DNA from: a virus
Taxonomy: Duplodnaviria; Caudoviricetes
IMG/VR virus record: IMGVR_UViG_3300047560_001441
Coordinates: 1 to 52,561 of that record
Length of the DNA: 52,561 bases
Reading direction: 5' to 3' (one strand)
The notes below the pieces were generated by a model. It did not search any database and was not told the origin of the DNA. It saw only the letters and a list, made by a program, of their open reading frames with translations. The translations under genes were made by a program, and so were the position numbers. Shown here piece after piece: positions 10,098 through 18,822 of this stretch (position 1 is the first letter of the stretch; each line of letters starts with the position of its first letter).

Positions 10098-13000
10098 TCA
10101 AATAACCAAGGCAACCCAAACAGTGTTACTAGAATCACCCGCATTAATACTTAATATGTTTGTGTTAGTATCGTACCAGAAAGTTCCAGACTGTGCACCT
10201 ATTGGTGCAATATCAGTATAATAGGAACCTGCTGTATCACCTTTTGAACCAGTATAACCAGCACCCTGAGAACCAGTATAACCTAATGTACCTTGTGAGC
10301 CAGCAAATCCTGTTGTACCCTGTGAGCCGGTAAATCCTGCACCACGAGAACCAGTGTAGCCCAAATCACCACGTGAACCAACAAAGCCTACTGAGCCAGT
10401 AAAGCCAGCACCTCTTGAACCAGTATAACCTAAATCACCTTGAGAACCAACGTAACCAGCTCCAGTTGATCCTGTATAACCAATAGACCCAGTATATCCA
10501 AGATCACCATAAGATCCAGTATAACCTGTATCACCTAATGAACCGGTATAACCTTCAGATCCTGTATAACCCAAATCACCAATAGATCCAGTATATCCAA
10601 TATCACCAACAGATCCTGTGTAACCTATAGATCCTGTGTAACCTATTGATCCTGTATAACCTAGATCCCCTATAGAGCCAGAGAAACCAACTGAACCTGT
10701 ATAACCTGCAGAACCAGTATATCCATATCCACCAGTAGAACCTATTGATCCAGCATAACCAGTATCACCGCGGTCTCCTAATCTTGCAAGAGTGAGAGCA
10801 GTAATAGAAGTATCAGGTATTGATTGATCACCAGATAAGAATGAAACTGGAACTGTAGCATATGTTAAATCATCTTCTATTTCTCCAACAATTGCAAACA
10901 ATGCATAATTGATTGTGTTGGTGGTTGATTGTATTTTAAAATGACCTTTGATTCCCGATGTAGAAGATTGAACGATCAACAAGGCATTATAAAAATACTG
11001 CAAGTCAAGTGCTTGTTTACTTACGTAAACAGATGTTGCGTTACCAAAAGCAGAATTAGAAAATCTTATTACACCTGTACCAGGATCAGCTGATGTAGTA
11101 TTTGCACTGTAATAAAATAAGAATGTTGAGCCAGCAAAGTTACCAGCAATACCTTCTGAACCTCGTGAACCTACATAGCCTATATCACCTTTTGATCCTG
11201 TGTAACCAATAGAACCAGTATAACCTAGCGGACCTATATCACCTTGTGAACCAACATAACCTGCACCAATAGAACCAGTGTAACCTATTGATCCTGTATA
11301 ACCTAGATCACCATAAGAACCAGTATAACCCTCAGAACCTGTATATCCAATATCACCTTGTGAACCTGCATATCCAGTATCCCCTAATGATCCTGAATAA
11401 CCTAATGGTCCTTCAGAACCAGTATATCCGAGATCACCAATAGACCCAACGTAGCCTTCTGAACCAGTATAACCTACACCTTGAGATCCAACAAATCCTG
11501 TAGAACCAGTGTAACCTGTAGATCCTGTAAATCCAAATGAACCAGTAAAACCTTGTGATCCGGCATATCCTAAGGGTCCAATATTACCTTGGATACCTTG
11601 CACACCTTGTGATCCTACAAAACCAGTTGAACCGGTAAAGCCAGTAGAACCAGTGAAACCTAACGAACCCGAGTATCCAAATGAACCAACAAAGCCTGTT
11701 GAGCCAACAAAGCCTGTTGAACCAGTGTATCCGGTTGATCCTACATAACCGGTATCACCTTTAGATCCTGTGAATCCAATTGAACCAGTAAATCCTTGTG
11801 ATCCCGTATATCCAAATGAACCTGTATAACCAAAAGAACCTGTAAATCCAACTGAACCAGTAAACCCTTGTGATCCTGTATAACCAAAGGATCCTGTAAA
11901 TCCAGCATCACCCTTAGATCCGACATATCCAGTTGATCCTGTAAAACCAAAAGATCCGGTATATCCCAATGAACCTGTATAACCTATATCACCTCTAGAT
12001 CCTGCAAACCCAACACCTTGCGATCCAGTATAACCAATAGAACCAGTATAACCAAAAGATCCTGAATAACCTGTATCACCAATATCACCTGTTCTTGCAA
12101 ATGTTAGAGCAACAGTTGTATTATTTGAATAATTTGTTGTACCAGAAACATAACTTACAGGAATAATGAAATAATTACTTACATATTCGTGATAACCAAC
12201 AATATTAAAAATTGATGATTTACCAGCTTCATCAATACCATTGATAGAAAACTGACCTTTAATTGCTGATGTGGAATCATCAATTGTTTGAAGGAATGTA
12301 TATGTTGAATCATAATAAACGTCATTTTCACTAATATACATTCTTGTAATAGAAGAATATACATTACTATCAAATTTATAATATCCAGCACCAGGATCAG
12401 TATTTGAGGTGTTGGCTACAAATTTATAATTGAACGAAGCGCCACCAAAGTTACCGGCAACACCTTGCGGGCCCTGTGATCCTCTTGAGCCTGAATAACC
12501 GGAATCACCTTGTGATCCTACAAAACCAGAGGAACCTGTGAAACCAGAAGAACCACCGTATCCTGTTTCACCTCTTGATCCTTGATAACCCTCAGATCCT
12601 CTGTAACCAGTAATACCTTGTGTAGTTCCAAAGTATCTTACTTCTATTTCTGCACCAATTTGAGGTGCATAATTTAGTTGCAATATTGTACCAGATACTG
12701 TATAATCTATTATAGGAGTTTCAAGAATACCATTAACATAAACAAAAATATGACTTGGATCAGATGTTTGATCTAGTAAAGTAAATTGAGTGTTACTTCC
12801 ATTAGCAATGTAACGAGATGATTTAGAAGGTCTACCAACCTCACCCATAGATCCAGAATAACCAATAGAACCTGTGTAACCTATAGATCCAGTATAACCA
12901 TCTTCACCACCTGCAGGACCCTGTGGACCAGTAGCACCAACAGATCCTTGATAACCTGTATCACCAAGTGATCCTCTATAACCAGTATTACCTGTAGAAC

Positions 13001-13685
13001 CAATATAACCTGTTGATCCTGAATAACCAGTAGAACCTATAGTGATGTCAAAATAACGAACATCTATTTCTGCACCAATTTGAGGAGCATAAGAAAATGA
13101 AAGTGTGGTTCCTGAAACATTATAATCTACAAGAGGTGTTTCTAATATACCATTCGTAAAGACCATAATGTGGTTAGCATTAGCAGTATCTTCAATTAAA
13201 GTAAATTGAGTGTTACTTCCATTACCAACATATTTTGATGATTTAGAAGGTTTACCAACAAGGCCTAATGAACCTGAAAACCCAATAGAGCCAGTGAAAC
13301 CTATTGAACCAGTATAACCTTGTGAACCACCAGGATCACCTGCTACACCCTTATCACCAGCAGATCCTTTATATCCAGTATCCCCAAGTGATCCACTATA
13401 TCCTAAACTACCTGAATATCCGGTAGAACCTGAATAACCTTGTGAACCGGTATAACCAACACCATCATTTTCAATATATCTGATTTCAATATCAGCTAGA
13501 TAAGGAGGAGTAGAAGCCAGATTTACAGTGTTACTATTTGTGATTGTGTAGTCAACATCTGGAATTTGTACAAGACCATTTACTATGACAAGTATGCTAT
13601 TAGCTAAATTTACCGTGTCAATTAATGGGTACGAATTGGCTGTGCCACTTGCAGATATTTGTTGACTTTTAAAAATCAGCGCCAT
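10098..13685 (-). CDS. Long collagen-like (GYTGS-repeat) fibre protein
   Basis: Mostly Gly-X-Y. It has three small beta domains (VxxNGxxxxPxxDY..IxxRY) and two DDSTSAIKG-type domains. Confidence 0.8.
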   Translation of the reverse strand: MALIFKSQQISASGTANSYPLIDTVNLANSILVIVNGLVQIPDVDYTITNSNTVNLASTPPYLADIEIRYIENDGVGYTGSQGYSGSTGYSGSLGYSGSLGDTGYKGSAGDKGVAGDPGGSQGYTGSIGFTGSIGFSGSLGLVGKPSKSSKYVGNGSNTQFTLIEDTANANHIMVFTNGILETPLVDYNVSGTTLSFSYAPQIGAEIDVRYFDITIGSTGYSGSTGYIGSTGNTGYRGSLGDTGYQGSVGATGPQGPAGGEDGYTGSIGYTGSIGYSGSMGEVGRPSKSSRYIANGSNTQFTLLDQTSDPSHIFVYVNGILETPIIDYTVSGTILQLNYAPQIGAEIEVRYFGTTQGITGYRGSEGYQGSRGETGYGGSSGFTGSSGFVGSQGDSGYSGSRGSQGPQGVAGNFGGASFNYKFVANTSNTDPGAGYYKFDSNVYSSITRMYISENDVYYDSTYTFLQTIDDSTSAIKGQFSINGIDEAGKSSIFNIVGYHEYVSNYFIIPVSYVSGTTNYSNNTTVALTFARTGDIGDTGYSGSFGYTGSIGYTGSQGVGFAGSRGDIGYTGSLGYTGSFGFTGSTGYVGSKGDAGFTGSFGYTGSQGFTGSVGFTGSFGYTGSFGYTGSQGFTGSIGFTGSKGDTGYVGSTGYTGSTGFVGSTGFVGSFGYSGSLGFTGSTGFTGSTGFVGSQGVQGIQGNIGPLGYAGSQGFTGSFGFTGSTGYTGSTGFVGSQGVGYTGSEGYVGSIGDLGYTGSEGPLGYSGSLGDTGYAGSQGDIGYTGSEGYTGSYGDLGYTGSIGYTGSIGAGYVGSQGDIGPLGYTGSIGYTGSKGDIGYVGSRGSEGIAGNFAGSTFLFYYSANTTSADPGTGVIRFSNSAFGNATSVYVSKQALDLQYFYNALLIVQSSTSGIKGHFKIQSTTNTINYALFAIVGEIEDDLTYATVPVSFLSGDQSIPDTSITALTLARLGDRGDTGYAGSIGSTGGYGYTGSAGYTGSVGFSGSIGDLGYTGSIGYTGSIGYTGSVGDIGYTGSIGDLGYTGSEGYTGSLGDTGYTGSYGDLGYTGSIGYTGSTGAGYVGSQGDLGYTGSRGAGFTGSVGFVGSRGDLGYTGSRGAGFTGSQGTTGFAGSQGTLGYTGSQGAGYTGSKGDTAGSYYTDIAPIGAQSGTFWYDTNTNILSINAGDSSNTVWVALVI

Positions 13686-13688
13686 TTA

Positions 13689-13717
13689 TTGCCTTATTTA
13701 AATGCTGGATATATAAT
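13689..13717 (+). promoter_or_regulatory. Candidate sigma70-type promoter for the glycosyltransferase
   Basis: TTGCCT (13689-13694), 17 nt, TATAAT (13712-13717), with a GAGG SD before the ATG at 13761. The region is AT-rich, so a chance match is possible. Confidence 0.45.
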
Positions 13718-13760
13718 AACAGAATACTGAGATATTTATGATTTGTTGTGAGGATATATT

Positions 13761-16496
13761 ATGAACCTTCCCTCTATTGCTATTCTTGATTTAATTGGAC
13801 TTGTTTATGATGGAACCACTCTTTCTAAGAAGGGTTTAGGTGGTTCAGAATCAGCAGTTATCCTTATTTCTAAAGAATTAGCTAAATTAGGATTTCCTGT
13901 TACCGTTTTTAATGCCTGCGCAGAAGACGACGCAAAACCTGGCATCTATGCAGGCGTTAGTTACAGGCCTATTAATAGTATAAAATCTACTGATCAGTTT
14001 GATATAGTCATCTCCTCTAGAACTGTTATACCCTTTATTCCTGATCATTATTTTGAAGCCTATAAAAATGCTACTCGCCATTCTCCGGAGATATTCAAAC
14101 CTTTGCGAGATAAAGCTAAACTTAAGATCATGTGGATGCATGATACTTTTGCTAATGGTGATATCAATCTAGAAGATCTTCTTGTAAATGGTTATATTGA
14201 TAAAATCTTTACACTATCAGATTTTCATACTGCCTATGTTACAAATTGTCATCATGGCAAGAGACGTAATTTTGAAGTGCTTAAAAATAAGGTATTTCAA
14301 ACACGAAATGCTGTAGTGAAATATATTGATGAGGTGGATATTAGAGCCAAAGATAGAAATCTTTTTGTTTATAATGCTTCAGTAACAAAAGGGCTTTTAC
14401 CACTCATTGATAGAATCTGGCCCAGACTTAAACAATATATTCCTGATGCCAAGTTAAAAGTTATTGGTGGATTCTATAAATTTAGATCCGAAGCACCACT
14501 TGATGCACAGGGTGAGACTCTTATGAAACTCATGAGAGATCCTAAGTACTCTCAAATGGGTATTGAGTTCACTGGAATCATTTCACAAAGTGAAATAGCC
14601 AAAATTCTTTCTCAAGCTTATATGTTCTTGTTTCCCGGAGCTTTTCCAGAAACATTTGGCATATCAACTTTAGAATCTTTAACATATAATACTCCTCTTG
14701 TAACAACCCGTTTTGGTGCTCTAGAGGAAACAGCTATTGAGCAGGCTTCATACTTTATTGATTATGCAATTGAACCAAATAGTTTATTTACTGAGATCAA
14801 TATTGACGATCAAGTAAATAAATTTGTTGAAAAAGTTATCAGAGCATATAATGATCCCTACCTTCACCAACAAAAACAATATTACTGCAATGTAATTCAG
14901 GATATTAATACCTGGGATACTGTTGCAATTCAGTGGAAGCAATTTTTCTTTAAACAATTTGATCTACCCCTTTCAGTAGATGAATATCGTAAAGTATCAT
15001 ATATCAATGATAAGGTGCATAGAGTTTTTGGTAGAAGGTTTAGTAATAATGTTGAGTGGAATAATTATAAATCAGGTTTTGAAAAAAGAATTAATATAAT
15101 TACTCCATTTTTTAATGCTCAAAATTATATTGAAAAATGTCTTCAATCGGTTGCCTCTCAAGACTATGATAATTATATGATGTTCTTGATCAATGATTGT
15201 AGTACAGATGATAGCCTTAATGTAATTAAAAAGTTTATTGGTAATCTACCTGTTAAACAACAAGATAAATTTATTATCATTAATAATAAAGAAAATCGTG
15301 GGGCTGTTTATAATCAGATCAAAACAATTAAAAATTATCCTTTGGGGGATGATAGTCTTGTAATGTTACTTGATGGTGATGATTGGTTAAAAGCAGATAA
15401 TAATATCTTTAATTTTTATAATAATCTTTTTGCTGATAATAAAACAGATTACGCCTATGGAAGTTGTTGGTCATTAGCTGATAATATTCCTTTGATTGCT
15501 CAACCTTATCCAAAAGAAATCAGAGAATCTAAATCCTATCGTAATCACAAATTTAATTGGGGAATGCCTTATCCCCACCTCAGAGTTTTTAAGAAACACC
15601 TTGTTGATAATGTTGATGAAAAGGTATTCATTGATGATAATGGAAATTGGTATAAGGCAGGTGGAGATAATGCTACCTTCTATAATATAATTGAACAAGC
15701 TGATCCTAATAAGATAGTAGCCGTTCAAGAAATTTTCTATAACTATAATGATTTAAATCCACTAAATGATTATAAGGTTCATTCAGAACTTCAAAATCAA
15801 AATGCTAGTAAGATTGTTTCAAAAGAAAAACATGATGTACAAGAGATTGTTACAGAATCACAACCTGAAGAAATTAAAATTCAAATTGAAAGAAAACCAG
15901 TGAAAAATATTCTTATTGCTATTCCTACTGCTAGAAACATTGAAGCTCAAACGTTTAAATCAATTTATGACCAAGTTGTTTCTGATGATTATAATCTTAA
16001 TTTTCAATACTTCTACGGTTATCAGGTTGATCAGGTTCGCAATCTAATTGCTGATTGGGTTGTTAAAGGATATGATTATTTGTTTGCAGTTGATTCTGAT
16101 ATTGCATTTCCTGCTGATACTCTTTCAAGATTATTAGCTCATGATAAAGATATTGTAACAGGAGTCTACAGACAGAGAGTCCCTGATAGACAAACATTAG
16201 AAATTTTTGAGGCTAATGATAGAGGTGGATATACACACATTGATTGGGAAAAGATCAAAGGCAAGGGTCTAGTTGAAATTGGCGCCTGTGGTTTTGGATG
16301 TGTACTTGTTAAAAAGCAAGTTATGGAAGATATTGGTTATCCTCAATTTGCCTATAAATCAGCCTTAGATCACAATCACACATTCTCAGAAGATCTTTTC
16401 TTTGCAAAGAAAGCTTCTGAAAAGGGTTATAAATTTTATGCTGATACATCAATACTCTGTGATCACATAGGATCGTATACGTTTAGAGTATCTTAA
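13761..16496 (+). CDS. Three-domain glycosyltransferase (GT-B/GT4-like + GT2 + second GT-A-like domain)
   Basis: GLGGSESA and FPETFGISTLES (GT4-like); IITPFFNAQNYIEKCLQSV, NDCSTD, LDGDD (GT2); YLFAVDSDI, GACGFGCVLVKK, SEDLFF (GT-A). Confidence 0.9.
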   Translation: MNLPSIAILDLIGLVYDGTTLSKKGLGGSESAVILISKELAKLGFPVTVFNACAEDDAKPGIYAGVSYRPINSIKSTDQFDIVISSRTVIPFIPDHYFEAYKNATRHSPEIFKPLRDKAKLKIMWMHDTFANGDINLEDLLVNGYIDKIFTLSDFHTAYVTNCHHGKRRNFEVLKNKVFQTRNAVVKYIDEVDIRAKDRNLFVYNASVTKGLLPLIDRIWPRLKQYIPDAKLKVIGGFYKFRSEAPLDAQGETLMKLMRDPKYSQMGIEFTGIISQSEIAKILSQAYMFLFPGAFPETFGISTLESLTYNTPLVTTRFGALEETAIEQASYFIDYAIEPNSLFTEINIDDQVNKFVEKVIRAYNDPYLHQQKQYYCNVIQDINTWDTVAIQWKQFFFKQFDLPLSVDEYRKVSYINDKVHRVFGRRFSNNVEWNNYKSGFEKRINIITPFFNAQNYIEKCLQSVASQDYDNYMMFLINDCSTDDSLNVIKKFIGNLPVKQQDKFIIINNKENRGAVYNQIKTIKNYPLGDDSLVMLLDGDDWLKADNNIFNFYNNLFADNKTDYAYGSCWSLADNIPLIAQPYPKEIRESKSYRNHKFNWGMPYPHLRVFKKHLVDNVDEKVFIDDNGNWYKAGGDNATFYNIIEQADPNKIVAVQEIFYNYNDLNPLNDYKVHSELQNQNASKIVSKEKHDVQEIVTESQPEEIKIQIERKPVKNILIAIPTARNIEAQTFKSIYDQVVSDDYNLNFQYFYGYQVDQVRNLIADWVVKGYDYLFAVDSDIAFPADTLSRLLAHDKDIVTGVYRQRVPDRQTLEIFEANDRGGYTHIDWEKIKGKGLVEIGACGFGCVLVKKQVMEDIGYPQFAYKSALDHNHTFSEDLFFAKKASEKGYKFYADTSILCDHIGSYTFRVS

Positions 16497-16696
16497 AAGT
16501 AATTAACGTTAGGGGCTACATTAGGAACTGTTGGTGTAGTTCCCAAAACATCAGAAGCTTTCATTTTTAAAATAGAAAGTGGTTCTATAGTCTCACCAAT
16601 TTGTTTAACAATTAATTTTGTTTCCATTGGTGCAGAACGAGCTATTGTTATCAAAACATCACCATGTCTTTGTACAACAATTTTAGCATCACGCAT
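16493..16696 (-). CDS. Hypothetical protein
   Basis: Coupled to the upstream gene by TAATG. Its stop overlaps the convergent GT stop (TTAA). Confidence 0.55.
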   Translation of the reverse strand: MRDAKIVVQRHGDVLITIARSAPMETKLIVKQIGETIEPLSILKMKASDVLGTTPTVPNVAPNVNYF

Positions 16697-17022
16697 TAGC
16701 GTGTCACCTCTGGATTTACAGTTACAATACCCTCAAGTATTCTAGATGTGACATTATTCGCATGGAGTTGCAAATCATAAACATATCTTGAATTGGTTAG
16801 ATTTGCTGTTACAGCTGCATTCATTGATAAAGTAACGAGGCCGGTATTACCACCTAAAGTTACATTAATAGTATTGTATGTTGTTGATGTGTATGTTTTT
16901 CTAATTTGTGCATTGGCAGTAAAATCAGTAATATCAAATGCATCACCATTTGAATCAATTAAATAAACATTATGAATAAAGTTTGCACCCTGATCAACTA
17001 CTAAATTTGATTTAATTGCCAT
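16696..17022 (-). CDS. Conserved phage virion protein (tail-fibre connector-like)
   Basis: NLVVDQGA..FDITDFTANAQIRK..RYVYDL..RILEGIVTVNPEVT is a common T4-like structural family pattern. Confidence 0.75.
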   Translation of the reverse strand: MAIKSNLVVDQGANFIHNVYLIDSNGDAFDITDFTANAQIRKTYTSTTYNTINVTLGGNTGLVTLSMNAAVTANLTNSRYVYDLQLHANNVTSRILEGIVTVNPEVTR

Positions 17023-18583
17023 TTTTTAATCTATCAACTTCTGCTTTGAGTTCTTTGATGGCTTCAATTAGTAGAGGTACTAATTTTTCATATTGAACAG
17101 TTAGGTAATTTTCATCAATAGGTGCGGGATGAACTATCTGAGGTAATACTTGTTGAACTTTTTGAGCAGATACCCCTACCTGAATATCTTCCTCAGTATA
17201 ACCCAACTCCTTAGCCTTTTCATTTCCCTTATAATAAAATCCTTCAAGAGAAGTAACTTTATCAAGAGCATTTTCAATTGGACCTAATACTTCTTTAAGT
17301 CTTTCATCAGAGTACTTGGCAATTACGTTACCCTTAGCTCTGAGTTCACCTTTGTAATCTTCACCTGGTGCATTTACTCCAACACCAACACTTCTAAATA
17401 CACCGTCAATATCATCTTTATCGGTACCATGATTATCATCAAAACCTAGAATACCGTTGATTTCATCAACAATCACCAGGACTTGTTTAAGTTTACCTTT
17501 TTTCTCAGGAAGAATTAAATCAAATCCAATGTTTGTATTAGGAGAAACTAATCTAACATAACCAGTATTACCTGTTGCATCAATTCTAATTGCACCATTA
17601 ACATGTAATACATCAGAAGCAGATGTTCTTCCTGTTCCTACGAACACATTACCAGAATTTCCATCTACACGGAGACGTACGGTCTCATTGGTTGCAAGAA
17701 GTAAATCCCTAATTGAAGAATTGTGTCCCACCCACATTCCATTTGAATCAAGTGAGATACCACCATTATATCCATTACCAACAATTTTTAATTGACTGGT
17801 CCAATTATCATCTGGTGTAATATTATATGTTGAATAAATTATAAGATTACCGGTCTGTGTATTTGCAACTGAAAGCAATCCATTTTCAAAATAATTATTG
17901 GTACCAAGAAATTCTGTATTACCAAAAAACTTAGCAGTACCTGTACCAGTAAGATTTAAATTAGAAGTTGTTACTTTACCAACATTTAATTCAAATGCAG
18001 TTAGATAAGAGTTTGTATCACCGGCAGGAAGATTGTCATTGAAAACAATGTAAATACCATCTCTGGTTACATAAGTATTTCCATCTTCTGCACCAACATT
18101 TAATTGGCTGCCAACAGTTGCATTTAATATATTGGCTGTGTTTATTACAATACTATTATCATAGATATATGTGTTACCAATAATAACTCTGTCAGAAAAA
18201 TAAGCGGCGTTTGAATTTACGTTAGCAGTTGTGATTACAGTGTTATTTAATGATATAAGTGTTTTAGTATAAGCTGTTGTACCATCAATCAACATACCTG
18301 AGGGTGAAATGATGTTGTTTGCTGTTGATGTTGCTTGTATGATAATTGCGGATGCATTAATAGTGGCATTAGCCGTATCTGTACCAATAAACAAGGAACC
18401 AGCATTAGCTGTTACATAAGAATCTGCTGTAAAGGTGCCCGTGATAGCAGCGTTGCCTACAGAAGTATTAGAGTTTACAGTAACTACTGAATTATTAATA
18501 GTAGCAATAACTTGATTAGTTTTTGACAACCATTGTCCAAATGAATCAGTAGCTTCTACAACCGGTGCTATGTAAATAGTCAT
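17012..18583 (-). CDS. Tail fibre with C-terminal intramolecular chaperone (peptidase S74-like)
   Basis: YSDERLK..IENAL.KV..GVSAQ.VQ.VLP..YLTVQYEKLVPLLIEAIKEL; N-terminal DSFGQWLSKTN. Confidence 0.9.
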   Translation of the reverse strand: MTIYIAPVVEATDSFGQWLSKTNQVIATINNSVVTVNSNTSVGNAAITGTFTADSYVTANAGSLFIGTDTANATINASAIIIQATSTANNIISPSGMLIDGTTAYTKTLISLNNTVITTANVNSNAAYFSDRVIIGNTYIYDNSIVINTANILNATVGSQLNVGAEDGNTYVTRDGIYIVFNDNLPAGDTNSYLTAFELNVGKVTTSNLNLTGTGTAKFFGNTEFLGTNNYFENGLLSVANTQTGNLIIYSTYNITPDDNWTSQLKIVGNGYNGGISLDSNGMWVGHNSSIRDLLLATNETVRLRVDGNSGNVFVGTGRTSASDVLHVNGAIRIDATGNTGYVRLVSPNTNIGFDLILPEKKGKLKQVLVIVDEINGILGFDDNHGTDKDDIDGVFRSVGVGVNAPGEDYKGELRAKGNVIAKYSDERLKEVLGPIENALDKVTSLEGFYYKGNEKAKELGYTEEDIQVGVSAQKVQQVLPQIVHPAPIDENYLTVQYEKLVPLLIEAIKELKAEVDRLKNGN

Positions 18584-18819
18584 TTATTTTCTATTGCCTT
18601 TAACAGTAGTTCTTTAATTTGTGTTATATCATTTTTTAGTGATATAACATCTTCCTTAAGATTATTTATTTCAATATTAGATGATTCCAATACTCTTTTT
18701 CTTCTTATTTCTTTATAAGCAGATAAACCTTCCATATTATTATTTACAAATGATCCGGGATTTCCTCTTTGTAGGACAAAATCTCCTTCAAATGGTTTTA
18801 GCCTATTATCTGTCATCAC
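18580..18819 (-). CDS. Small conserved coiled-coil protein
   Basis: EINNLKEDVISLKNDITQIKELL. Similar genes follow the large baseplate gene in T4-like phages. Confidence 0.65.
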   Translation of the reverse strand: MMTDNRLKPFEGDFVLQRGNPGSFVNNNMEGLSAYKEIRRKRVLESSNIEINNLKEDVISLKNDITQIKELLLKAIENK

Positions 18820-18822
18820 TTA

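Noticed and set aside
1500-13460. CRISPR-like or non-coding repeat array (GAACCAGTATAACC-type recurrences)
   Set aside because: The repeats are 9/18-nt periodic, vary at third codon positions and lie in frame within ORFs. There is no repeat-spacer structure, and the Cas4-like nuclease is a common stand-alone T4-like gene.
10098-13685. InaZ-type ice nucleation protein
   Set aside because: InaZ uses 8/16-residue AGYGSTxT repeats, whereas these have strict 3/6-residue Gly periodicity.
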